DNA of 64,000 nucleotides from Candidatus Hecatella orcuttiae (GCA_002011035.2 MTLY02000003.1:224001-288000); one strand, 5' to 3'; shown: positions 19,153 to 28,522, counted from the first letter of the stretch. Made by a program: numbers and translations. Notes: generated by a model from the sequence alone, not told the origin.

Positions 19153-19268
19153 TTTGCTGAGAACATATTTAAACTTCCTACCACCTTAAGCCTTCTTTTT
19201 CAAAAACAGGCCTTAATAAAGGCCCTAGAGCCAAAAGAAACGGTATATTTAAATATCTTCTCAGCAAA
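19153..19268. promoter_or_regulatory. Divergent twin promoter boxes forming a 21-bp inverted repeat
   Basis: TTTAAATAT[G/C]TTCTCAGCAAA at 19153-19173 (minus) and 19248-19268 (plus), 20/21 identical, each starting with a TATA-like TTTAAATA. Confidence 0.7.
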
Positions 19269-19411
19269 ACCCTTTTTGAAGAAGGTCTCAAAGGGGGTGT
19301 TTTTGTGCGTTTCAAGGCGGCAGCGGAGCGGCTTTTCGAAGCCCTAGGCGGCGACGAGTGGGCCGCGGAGCAGGTGCGCATCTGGCTGGCCCTCAGGAAC
19401 GGGCGGAACTA

Positions 19412-19930
19412 GGCCGGGCAGCCCCCGGCTTAGCCGCAGTCCGGCGTGAAGAGGCCGGAGAAGGAATGACCACCCGGAGAAGCCTGACCGGCAGGGGGGC
19501 TCAGGTTCCGGGTGCAACCGTGCCCTTGAGAGGCACAGGCCGGGTGGGGCGACCCCCGGGGCTGAGCTGAAAAGGCTGTGAACCCGGGGGCGGAAGTACA
19601 GGGAACCTTGAAGCCTCCCCGGAGGCCCGAGGCCGGCGGTAGAGCCGACGGCCTGTGAGCGGCTGAGGGGAGGCTGGGTTAGAACCCTAGAGCCGCAGGC
19701 GGTGAGGACCGCCAAGCTCCGAGCCTGCGGTCGCGGGGGCTGCCCCGAAGGGCCCCTGCGGGTAACTCGAGCATGTCAATCCCCAACATGCTTAGCCCCG
19801 CGTCTGAGGCGGTGTCTCGTAGGCCCCAAGGGGGGCTAGCGAGGTCTGTCCCCGGGCAGGCTTGGGCGACCAAGCCAATAGCCCAGCCTCCCAGGCGACT
19901 GGGAGGCGTGTCCACGGCGGGGCGAGGGTT
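19412..19930 (+). ncRNA. Putative large structured RNA (~520 nt), family unrecognised
   Basis: Long-range helices GGGCAGCCCCC/GGGGGCTGCCC and GCCCCGC/GCGGGGC enclose more than 10 hairpins, two with GCGA tetraloops; no credible ORF. Confidence 0.65.
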
Positions 19931-19933
19931 TGC

Positions 19934-20149
19934 ATGGCCAAACCCCAACGTCACCCTGACTACCCGGATGCACAGGCCCTTGTCGGGGTGAAGGCCTTGC
20001 AGGTTGTTCGAGTAGTGGAGGAGCTGCAGCCCGACAGCTTCACGCCAGACTTCACCTGGTGCCGGGTGGAGGTGCAGCTTCCAGACGGCTCCAGGGCGGT
20101 TTGGACGTTGCTGCTGTCGCCGGCCGAGCTCCGAAAATACGGACGTTAG
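19934..20149 (+). CDS. Hypothetical protein, first ORF after the structured RNA
   Basis: MAKPQRHPDYPD...; GC3-rich codon usage. Confidence 0.55.
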   Translation: MAKPQRHPDYPDAQALVGVKALQVVRVVEELQPDSFTPDFTWCRVEVQLPDGSRAVWTLLLSPAELRKYGR

Positions 20150-20190
20150 TCCAAACCCCTCCTTTTTTGGCTCAATTCTCGGGGACAGCC

Positions 20191-20442
20191 ATGGAAGCCT
20201 TCACGGTGCCCAAATTCGACCTGCACATCCACGGAGGCCTGGTCCTCCGGCTCCGCGGCGGAGTGACCTTCCAGCGGCAGGGCGGCGGGTCGGCCGTCCT
20301 CATCCGCAACCACGCCTACACGGCCAGGCTCATCCGCCTGGGCGACTGCCCTTATCCGCTGCTGGTGGACGAAGACGGCGTGGTGGGCGTCGTCCCCAGG
20401 CTGCCGGCTAAGATAAGGCGGTGGCTGGGGGCGTTCCACTAG
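20191..20442 (+). CDS. Hypothetical protein (motif-preceded)
   Basis: TTCTCGGGGACAGCCATG; MEAFTVPKFDLHIHGG... Confidence 0.6.
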   Translation: MEAFTVPKFDLHIHGGLVLRLRGGVTFQRQGGGSAVLIRNHAYTARLIRLGDCPYPLLVDEDGVVGVVPRLPAKIRRWLGAFH

Positions 20443-20796
20443 GCCGACCCCGTGGGCCTCCCTTTTTCTGCCTCGGGGGGACCACCGCATGGAGCGCTGT
20501 CCCAGGTGCGGCTACGCCTTCAACCCCAGGCCCAACTGGATGCTGACCGTCTGCCCGAAGTGCGGCGAAACCCTGGTGAGGGTTAAAGCCGGAGAAGACC
20601 GACTGGTGAAGGCTTTCGACTGAGCCCTTTTTTCGGGGAAGGGGTTAGCGTGGTTTCATGGGTTGAGGTGGACGACCTAGCCCAGGATGTGGCTGAGAAG
20701 GCCGGGGACGACCTGGCTTCGAGGGTGAAGGAGCTGGCGGTGCGGCTGGCCGAAGAGGGCCTGACTGCCGAGTAGGCCCCTTTTCGGGGATTTTCG

Positions 20797-21525
20797 ATGG
20801 CTAAGGCTAAGGGTAAAGTCGTCGAGCAGGTGCTCGTTCAGGCCGCCAAGCCCGGTCAAAGACGGCAGGTGGCCGAGGAGCTGAAGAAGGCGGAGGCGGA
20901 GGGCCGGCGGTTCCACGGCTTCAAAGCCGACCTCAGGTACACCAGCCCCGAGTTCACCGTCACAACGCCCATCCGCTACGAGAAGCTCACCGCCAAGGAC
21001 GTGGAGGCCCGCATGAAGATCGTGCACCGCCACGTCAGCGGCGTCGAAGTCTCCCTCCGGCCGACACCCTACCACTGGGCGTACATGGACGCGGAGGGCC
21101 GGGAGTACCCGGAGGCCGAGGTCCGCCACTACCAGCTGCTCCCCGACGGCCGGGAGGTGGAGGTGCAACCGTTCCCCAGGACCAAGGTCTTGGAGGTCAA
21201 GAAGCTGCTGCCAGCCACCAGCCTCAGCGAGTTCCTCGTCGAAGGCCTCTACGAGGTCTGGTCCGACGCCCCAGGGCAGCTGCTGGAGTTCGCCGAATAC
21301 CTCCAACGCAAGGACGCCATGGCCGTGAGCAAGCTGAGCTTCGGCCGGGGCTTCAAGGAAAGCTACGCCCTCATCTACCCCATCTTCCAGGACGGCCGCT
21401 TCATCCTGGTGATGGCCCTGACCCAGAAGCGCGTCGAATACCGCCACTGGATGCCGGTGGAGGCTCAGGAGGCGAAGCCGAGGGAGGCTGTGCCCGTGGC
21501 CCAGTCGGTCTTGGAGGAAATCTAA
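20797..21525 (+). CDS. Divergent Ku-like (NHEJ end-binding) protein
   Basis: TTPIRYEKL, GREYPEAEVRHYQLLPDG, RTKVLEVKKLLP..LYEVW and AMAVSKLSFGRGFKESYALIYP follow the prokaryotic Ku core order. Confidence 0.6.
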   Translation: MAKAKGKVVEQVLVQAAKPGQRRQVAEELKKAEAEGRRFHGFKADLRYTSPEFTVTTPIRYEKLTAKDVEARMKIVHRHVSGVEVSLRPTPYHWAYMDAEGREYPEAEVRHYQLLPDGREVEVQPFPRTKVLEVKKLLPATSLSEFLVEGLYEVWSDAPGQLLEFAEYLQRKDAMAVSKLSFGRGFKESYALIYPIFQDGRFILVMALTQKRVEYRHWMPVEAQEAKPREAVPVAQSVLEEI

Positions 21526-21549
21526 GCCTCCAACCTTTCGGGGACAGGG

Positions 21550-21741
21550 TTGTCCTTATGTGTGGGCGTGAAGAGGAATCCGACGCTTGCAGTGGCCGGT
21601 GAGGGCGTGGAAAAGATGAGCAGAGACGAGCTGCTGGAGCTGGCGGGCGAATACCTGGAAACGGTCTGCTTTCTCCCGGCGAGGGTTATCAGGCGTGGGA
21701 AGCGGGCTGTCATCGTCTTGGAGCCTGAAAGCTACCCGTAG
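21550..21741 (+). CDS. 63-aa hypothetical protein, paralog of 22715-22906
   Basis: Shared VGVKR.PTL.VAGEGV.KM...ELA.EYLETV.F.PARVI.R...AVIVLEPESYP. Confidence 0.7.
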   Translation: MSLCVGVKRNPTLAVAGEGVEKMSRDELLELAGEYLETVCFLPARVIRRGKRAVIVLEPESYP

Positions 21742-22128
21742 CCGCCCTTTTTCGGGGGGGCCTCATGGGATTCTGCTGTGAGCACCTCAAAGCCCAATCA
21801 GCCATGCTACCGGCTGATGTTCCTCTACTGGCTGTGCGAAGCCTGCTACAAGGCTCTCAAGGAAGGAAGCTTGGACGTGAAAATATACAGGCTGTCCTGA
21901 GCTCCCAGGGGCTTTTCGGGGAGTCTGGACGTGGCTGGGAAACGGAAGCTTAAGGAGTATGTAGTGGACCTCGAAAGCTTCACCGTGGAAGCCCGAGACC
22001 ACGATGAAGCCGTGGAGGCAACGCAGCGAAAACTCAAGCAGATGATGGCGGAGGGAAAGGTTGGCATCGACGCCGTGGTGGAGCTGAGCGACGGATGAGG
22101 CGGACACGCCTATTTTTCGGGGAACGAA

Positions 22129-22659
22129 TTGGAAAAGCTCTTCACCGACCTAGCCTTCGCGCTATCCCCCACCATCATCACCCACCAAGGCGGTTGGGGA
22201 GACACCGTTCCAGAGTGGCTGGTCGCAGAGATAAAGCTACAGAGGCTCGCCGAGAACCTGAGGAGGCTGAAGGGTGAAGCCGTCGAGGAGGCCGGCGACG
22301 CCGAGGCTCTGGCCTACCTGTACACGGCCTTCCTGAGCGTGCCGCCCTCCGAGAAGTGGACGAGAATCTACTCCTACCTCCTCGGTAAGGTTGCCCGCGG
22401 CAGGCTCCGGGTTCCCTCAGAAATCGAGGTCAAGGAGCTCTCAGATTACGAGCAGGAGAAGCTCCGGGAGCTGAAGCGGTGGATTTACAGGAAGCGGGCT
22501 GAAAGGGAAAGGCAGCGGCGCGGAGAGGAAGGCCTCGGAGTGCTTCAGCCCCCAAACCGGGCTTCAGCCAGCCTCAGAGCCCGCAGGGCGTGGGTTAAAA
22601 TCTACCGGAGGCGAGGCCAAGAGGATAAGGCCAAGGCTTTGGAGGAAGCCTTAGCCTAA
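22129..22659 (+). CDS. Hypothetical protein with AWVKI tail
   Basis: Motif-preceded 176-aa ORF; GGWGDTVPEWL, DAEALAYLYTA. Confidence 0.7.
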   Translation: MEKLFTDLAFALSPTIITHQGGWGDTVPEWLVAEIKLQRLAENLRRLKGEAVEEAGDAEALAYLYTAFLSVPPSEKWTRIYSYLLGKVARGRLRVPSEIEVKELSDYEQEKLRELKRWIYRKRAERERQRRGEEGLGVLQPPNRASASLRARRAWVKIYRRRGQEDKAKALEEALA

Positions 22660-22714
22660 ATTTCGGGCAGCGGGCGGAAACCCCGTTTATCCCCGTTCTC
22701 GGGGGCAGACCGAC

Positions 22715-22906
22715 ATGGTTTTCCGCGTCGGCGTCAAGAGGAAGCCTACGCTTCTGGTGGCAGGCGAAGGCGTCGACAAGATGGGCAGCGCCGCCCTCAT
22801 GGAGCTGGCCAGCGAGTACCTGGAAACAGTCCGCTTTGAGCCTGCCAGGGTCATAAAGCGCAGAGGCTGCGCCGTCATCGTCCTCGAGCCGGAAAGCTAC
22901 CCTTAA
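22715..22906 (+). CDS. 63-aa hypothetical protein, paralog of 21550-21741
   Basis: Collinear similarity to 21550-21741. Confidence 0.7.
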   Translation: MVFRVGVKRKPTLLVAGEGVDKMGSAALMELASEYLETVRFEPARVIKRRGCAVIVLEPESYP

Positions 22907-23059
22907 CCGAGGGGGTCTTTTTTCGGGGGAAGAGGGGGCCAGCCTTTGGGAAAATGCGTCGACTGCGGCAGAGAAACCGTGAGCCAGCCTGCCCGTCGTG
23001 CAGCACAACAGTCAACCTGGAAGAGGAGGAATAGTCGCCCTTATTTTCGGGGAGCAACC

Positions 23060-23374
23060 GTGGGCAGGAAGCGTTACGACTTTTTCAGGACGAGGTTCGT
23101 CGTCCAGCCCAAGAATTCGATTTTGTACGGGTCCGCCTCGAAGGTTAAAGCTCACCTCCTTGCACTCAACAGCATCTACGGTATCGGCGTCTCCGTCAAG
23201 GAGGTTCCAGGCGGAAACCTTGAAATCGTTACGAGGACTGGTCTGCCGGAGACGGCTAAAATGGACAGAAACTTCGTCCGCTACGTTCTGCAACACCATG
23301 CATATATTGTGGAGGAGGTCTTCGAAGGGCGGAGGTTTCGAGGCAGGAGGGAAATATGGGAGCCCGCGGAGTAG
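23060..23374 (+). CDS. Hypothetical protein (motif-preceded)
   Basis: TTTTCGGGGAGCAACCGTG start; open to TAG 23374. Confidence 0.55.
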   Translation: MGRKRYDFFRTRFVVQPKNSILYGSASKVKAHLLALNSIYGIGVSVKEVPGGNLEIVTRTGLPETAKMDRNFVRYVLQHHAYIVEEVFEGRRFRGRREIWEPAE

Positions 23375-23403
23375 GCGAGAGCTCCCGTTTTTCGGGGAAG
23401 ACC

Positions 23404-23574
23404 ATGCCTCTGGTAGCCGTGTTTGTGAAGGAGAAGACGACGCCTGGAACTGTCCGCTACCGGGAGGAGGCCGGCGAAAACCCGACGACTCTGCGAACGG
23501 TGTACATCGAAAAATGGGCCGTGCAGAAATACGGCCTCGGAGACCGGATAAAGGTAACCGTGGAGCCGGCGTAG
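23404..23574 (+). CDS. Small beta-rich protein
   Basis: MPLVAVFVKEKTTPGTVRYRE..TVYIEKWA..IKVTVE; motif-preceded. Confidence 0.6.
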   Translation: MPLVAVFVKEKTTPGTVRYREEAGENPTTLRTVYIEKWAVQKYGLGDRIKVTVEPA

Positions 23575-24151
23575 CCCCCCGGTGCTCTTTCGGGGTTCGA
23601 CGTGAGGAGGGCTAGAACCGTCAGGGGGCTCCTCCGACAGCTGAGCCGCTGCCCGGAGTGCAGGGGAAGCCCTGCTGTGTTCTTCGGCAACGGCCTCTCC
23701 ATGTGCCAAGCCCACTGGGAAGCCTACGCGGAGGCCTTCGACTACGAGGACGGAAAATTCAAGCCCAGCGTTTTCGGGGGCGAGGATGGCGGAAAAGCGG
23801 CTGCTCAGGTCCTTCATAGCCGACCTCGAGCGGGTTAAAGACCTGCTCGAAGCCTACAACCTGGGCGAAGCCCGGCTGGCGGACGCCTGGGACTTCATCA
23901 GCCTCAGGCTTGACCAGTACAGGCTCCTGCTCAACCCACCCAAGAAACACACCGCATACCGCCGCAAAATCTGCGGCGGAACCTTCACCACGGCGGACGG
24001 AAGGGAAGGATGCACATGGCCACGCACGGCTACTCCTTGAAGGGGGCTGTGAAAAAGGGATACGCGGAGAAACTGAAGGAGCAAGTTTCCGCCCGGCCTT
24101 TCGGGGTTGATTGGCCGTACCCTAGTGCCCCGGACTACCGAGGTGGTTTAG

Positions 24152-24385
24152 ATGTCTATGGGACCTCCTAAATGTCCTGAATGCGGTGAACCCCTTAACG
24201 GAGTCTACTTTGATACCAGCGAATACTACGTCTTCGACCCGTCTGCCGGAACCTACCTTTCAGACGAAAAATCTGGCGAAGGCTACACAAAATGTCCCAA
24301 ATGCGACGCAGACCTTTTCGACCTATTCCCCAACGGCCCCATAAACTTCAAACCCAAACCCAGCACAAAGGGAGCGACCCGATGA
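24152..24385 (+). CDS. Small zinc-ribbon protein
   Basis: CPECG and CPKCD pairs. Confidence 0.65.
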   Translation: MSMGPPKCPECGEPLNGVYFDTSEYYVFDPSAGTYLSDEKSGEGYTKCPKCDADLFDLFPNGPINFKPKPSTKGATR

Positions 24386-24456
24386 TAACTCTAGGCTGTG
24401 CGACACTCTGGTGCACCATTCCTCTGGAGGTCATCCTTTCGGGGACAGCCGTGAGC

Positions 24457-25453
24457 ATGGAAGTGGCTGAGCTTAAACCCAAACTGAAGGCTCTGCGAAG
24501 TCTCAGGGAAGTCCCGTTTACAGGCGACACGTGGCTTCAGGTGAAAGCCGACGGAGAGCTGGCCTTGGTGAAGTTTGAGGGCGGAGAGGCCGAGGCGGTG
24601 AACCGCTGGGGCACCGTCCACAGGGGGCTGCCCTGCCTCCGAGAGTTCGCCGAGGCCCTCAAGGCCAAGAGGCTTCGAAGCTTGGAGGCCTTGGCCGAGC
24701 TGTACGCGGAGGGCCTCCGCCTGCCGGAGTTCAGAAAGACCCTGACCCGGAAGCCCGAGGCGGTGAAGCTAGGCTTCTTCACCCTCCTGGCGGTCAACGG
24801 CGCCGGGGTCAAGAACGACTGGCCCTGGCAGATGGGGGAGGCTGGAGTCTTGGCTTGCAGCCAGCCGCCTGGCGGGGCCTCTGCCCTACCGGCGGGTGGT
24901 CGGCCTGCAGGAGGCGGAAGCCTTCTGGAAGGAGTGGGTGGAGGGCCGCGGCTACGAGGGCGTCGTAGCCCGGACGCCCCGGGGAGGCTTCAAAGTCAAG
25001 CCGGAGCTCACCGTGGACGCCGCGGTGGTGGGCGTCAAAAAGACCGAGCGGCTGAGGGTGGGAAGCGTGGTGACAAGCCTCCGCCTGGCCTTGATGAGCC
25101 CGGAGGGCGACCTGGTCCATGTGGGCGATGTCTCCAGCGGCATCGACCCGGAGACCGGGCGGAGGCTCCACGCCTTGGTCAAGCACTTCGCGGTGGGCGA
25201 AGACCGGGAAGCCTACCACGTCAGGCCGGTGCTCGTAGCCGAGGTGAGGTGCTTCGACGTATACCCCGGCCTGCGGCAGGTCTGGCGCTGGGACGGCCGC
25301 CGGTACGCAGCCCGGCAGCCCAGAAGCTTCTTCAGCCTCAAGTCTCCGGTGTTGGTCAGGTTCAGGGAGGACAAGCAGCTGAGGCCTGAAGACCTAGCCT
25401 TGGAGCAGATTCCCGAAGCAGGCCCTTTCTCTTTCGGGGAGGGGGAACCGTGA
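24457..25453 (+). pseudogene. ATP-dependent DNA ligase, frameshifted in a G5 run (24834-24838)
   Basis: QVKADG (motif I), NRWG, AELY, then in the other frame GYEGVVAR, FKVKP, VAEVR, PVLVRFREDK; deleting one G joins them (QMGRLESWL). Confidence 0.82.
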
Positions 25454-25722
25454 AGCTCTGCCCTCGCTGCTCCAACGCCATCCTGGACATGCGGCAGGAG
25501 CTAGACCCCATGGGGCGGCCTGTCCAGTTTTGGCACTGCTCCCGCTGCAACCACCGGTGGACGGAGACGTAAGCTTCCAGTTTCGGGGAAACCGGGTCCC
25601 CTGTAAGTCCACGCCTACCCCGCTTCAACCAGCGACTAAGGTAGGCTGAAAAGTGGCGTGGGGTTTAGGGCGGTTTCAGCCCACCGGCCCCAAAGGCTGG
25701 CTCCATTTTTTTCGGGGATTTT

Positions 25723-25941
25723 ATGCCCATCTTAGGCTCGGCTGACTGCTACGAGTGCGAGGGGGAGAAAACCGTCCGGCTGGTCGTCGACGGCCGAGGA
25801 GTCTGGAGCCGGTGCTTCCGGTGCGGCTTCACCGAGTGGGAGTGGGCCCTGGGCGACAACCCCGCCTACCTGGACTGCCTGGCGGAAAAATACCGCGTCG
25901 ACAAAGAAGCCATCGTAGACGCCCTCGAAGAGGCGGGGTGA
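25723..25941 (+). CDS. Small zinc-ribbon protein
   Basis: CYEC..CFRC; motif-preceded. Confidence 0.6.
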   Translation: MPILGSADCYECEGEKTVRLVVDGRGVWSRCFRCGFTEWEWALGDNPAYLDCLAEKYRVDKEAIVDALEEAG

Positions 25942-26236
25942 CCCTGAAACAGTCAGCTATTTTGAGGTCGTCAACCCTAAGCTGGCGTCCTATAAAATCT
26001 TCTTCCCCGCGGACATATCCTGCTGGACTTGGAGAGGCGGCGAGCCCTTCCCCGACTTCATCCACCGGGTTGTCGTCGTCGCCTCCAGAGGCTGCCATCA
26101 GTGGACTTTGGATGAACTGGAAAAGCTCAGCATGGAAGCTCCTGAAAGGGAGCGGCGACGGCGGGCTGCCAGACGGGCGGCCTTGAGGCGAAGGCTGAGG
26201 CCGACCTGACCCCGGTTTTTCCTTTCGGGGACCACC

Positions 26237-27360
26237 ATGGAAGGCCGAAGTTTAACCCCAAGCCAGCAAGCCTACCTGAAGAAGCTGGGTGTCTCCGACC
26301 CCGGCCGGTTGACCGCCGGGCAGAAGGCCTACCTCACCATCCTGGGCCGTAGGGAAGGCGTCGAGCCTCCCAAGCCCGTCAAAGCCTCAGCGTACCAGCC
26401 TCTGGGCCCCGAGGAGCTGGCGGCCAGGGGTGTGGGAAGCCTCAGGTTCGACCGGGCCGCCGACCTGACCTGGGAGCGCTACGGCATCGTGGAGGTGCCC
26501 ATAGCCTACGGAGGCCAGCCCTCCGGCTACAAGGCCGTCATCCGCAAAGGCCAGCTGGTTCAGATAGCCGGCCGGGGCTACCGCCTCCTGCCCAACGAGG
26601 AGGTTGTCCAGCTGGCGGACGAGACCGCTGAAGCCCTGGGGGCCAAGCCCTTCACCGAGTTCCGAGGCCGCTGGTTCGCCCCCATGGGCAACCACGTCAT
26701 CTACAACCGGGCTGAGACGCAGGTTCACGCCCTCTACGCCTTCGACGAGCCGGTGAAGGTGGAGGGCGTCGACACGGTGCACCTGGGCTTCGCCGTGCAC
26801 AACAGCATAGACGGCAGCTGCGGCTTCGGTGTTGGCGCCTTCACGTTCCGACAGTCTTAACAGTCGCCCGGAAGTGGGTGGAAGTCTTAAAAAGGGCGGC
26901 TGTAAGACCGGAAAACGCCTGCGCCAACATGGTGCTGATGGGCCTCCGCGGCTACTCCATGCCCTTCGACGAGCGGCGGGTGCTGGCCTGGGTCTACCAG
27001 CGCCACACCTCCAGGCTCAGGGTGGACAGGCCCAGCCTCCAGGACACCATCCTCAGGGTGGTGGACCGGGGGCGGGAGGTCCTGGAAGCCTACCGGCGGA
27101 TGGCCCTCGAACGGCTCAGCGAACCCGTAGCCCGCCGGATAGCCGAGTCGGAGCTGCCCCTCCGGGTGCTGCCCGACTTCATCGAAGTCGAAACCCTCGA
27201 AGACGGCCGCAGGGCGCTGAAGGGGTTCAGCCCCCAGGCAACCCTCTGGGACGCCTACAATTCCGTCAGCGCCGCCATCTGGCACAACGCCAAGTCGGAC
27301 ATCTCCACCAAGCTCGACCAGTTCAACGTCCTCCACGCAGCCCTGCCCCTGGCACGGTGA
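26237..27360 (+). CDS. DUF932-like protein, join(26237-26852, 26915-27360), 353 aa, interrupted by a BHB intron
   Basis: GRGYRLLPNEEV and HNSIDGSCGFGVGAFTFR|HACANM (family-like NSxDGS...R..C.N), TLWDAYN; splicing restores the frame. Confidence 0.8.
26853..26914 (+). other. 62-nt BHB-type mRNA intron
   Basis: [TCCG] AC|A GTCTT..ACAGTCGCCC...GGGCGGCTGT AAGAC [CGGA] AA|A. Confidence 0.8.
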
Positions 27361-27389
27361 ACCGTGCCGCCTGTTTCGGGGGAACCTGC

Positions 27390-27617
27390 GTGAGAAACCC
27401 GGCCTCGGTTGAGCCTACGCTTGACCACGTGCCCAATCCCTTCCAAATCCTCAACGCCTGGACCTATCTGCGAGCCGTGCAAAACGCCCATCGACGCTTC
27501 CTCCTACGCCTCCTCAGCAGCCGGAGGCTCAGAAGCAGGGAGCTGGAGAGAGCGGTTCTGTGGGACGTCTACGAAGCCCTTAAAACCGAAATCGTGTTCG
27601 CCCTCCCTAAGCCTTAG
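27390..27617 (+). CDS. Hypothetical protein (motif-preceded)
   Basis: GTG after TTTCGGGGG; open to TAG 27617. Confidence 0.5.
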   Translation: MRNPASVEPTLDHVPNPFQILNAWTYLRAVQNAHRRFLLRLLSSRRLRSRELERAVLWDVYEALKTEIVFALPKP

Positions 27618-28061
27618 CCTCGCCGTTTCGGGGAGCGCCCATGGTCACAGCCCGAACGGAGCTCTGCGACCTTCAAAAAATCTTCTGGGACATCTACAAC
27701 GTAACCAGGAAAGGAAGAGGACTGAAACCTCTGCCTTACCCCAAAAAGAGGACCTGACCTGCCCTGTGCGCTGAACCCTTTTTTTCGGGGGGACGGATGC
27801 GTCCCCAGGAGGCTCGGTGATGGCTCAGACGGATTTTCCCCAGGAACTCATCGAACCCATCAAGGCTTTAGCCAACCGAACACGCCGGAAGCCCGTAACT
27901 TCGGTATCGACGCCCCTGGAACGCCCCACGACTCTCATTATGCGCTGTCAAACTTTGGGCGCAGATTACTGAAAAGCCTCATCCAGATGCTGGAGCCTGA
28001 AACGGCGTCCGCGACGAGCTGAAGCTCCTTTAGCCCTCGGCGTTTTTCGGGGAGAATCAAA

Positions 28062-28298
28062 ATGCAGGTTCAGGTTAAGACGCCTCCCGGCGTCGAGCTG
28101 AAAGACCGTCGGTCTTGCACCCGCTGCGCCCACCTCAACATCTGCGCCGTCTTCAGGGCCGTCGCCCCGCTGCTGGAAAGCTTCAAGGGCAAGGACGGAC
28201 AGGGCAAGCCGCCCTTCGACGCCAGGAGGCTGGCGGAGGTCTGCGATGAGTATCTCCCCGGCTACCGGGTGATGGAGGAGCCGAAGATCGAGCCGTGA
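28062..28298 (+). CDS. Small Cys-cluster protein
   Basis: CTRCAHLNIC..CDEY; motif-preceded. Confidence 0.65.
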   Translation: MQVQVKTPPGVELKDRRSCTRCAHLNICAVFRAVAPLLESFKGKDGQGKPPFDARRLAEVCDEYLPGYRVMEEPKIEP

Positions 28299-28522
28299 AG
28301 GCGGCCCTTTCGGGGATGACCGTGGCCGACACCATCACCGTCTACCATCCGAAGACAGGGAGGAGGCTGAGGCTGGAAAGAACGGGCTCAGACCGGAAGC
28401 TGGGCATCTGCTACTACGCTGACAGGAAGCAGGGCGTCTACGTCGAAGACCGGTCTTCCTTTGACCAGGAAAACGAAATCGAAATCATCTTTCACTAGCC
28501 CCGCAATTTCCGGGGAACCGTC

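Noticed and set aside
19344-19991. Pro/Gly/Arg-rich ORFs on both strands; also RNase P, SRP, group I and group II intron identities for this tract
   Set aside because: The ORFs look like GC-rich noise. No GAGGAAAGTCC, SRP helix-8, group I P7 or group II domain V signature was seen
23786-28022. Additional BHB introns at the frame breaks near 24000, 24836, 25950 and 27890
   Set aside because: No hairpin or BHB geometry was found; they look like simple indels
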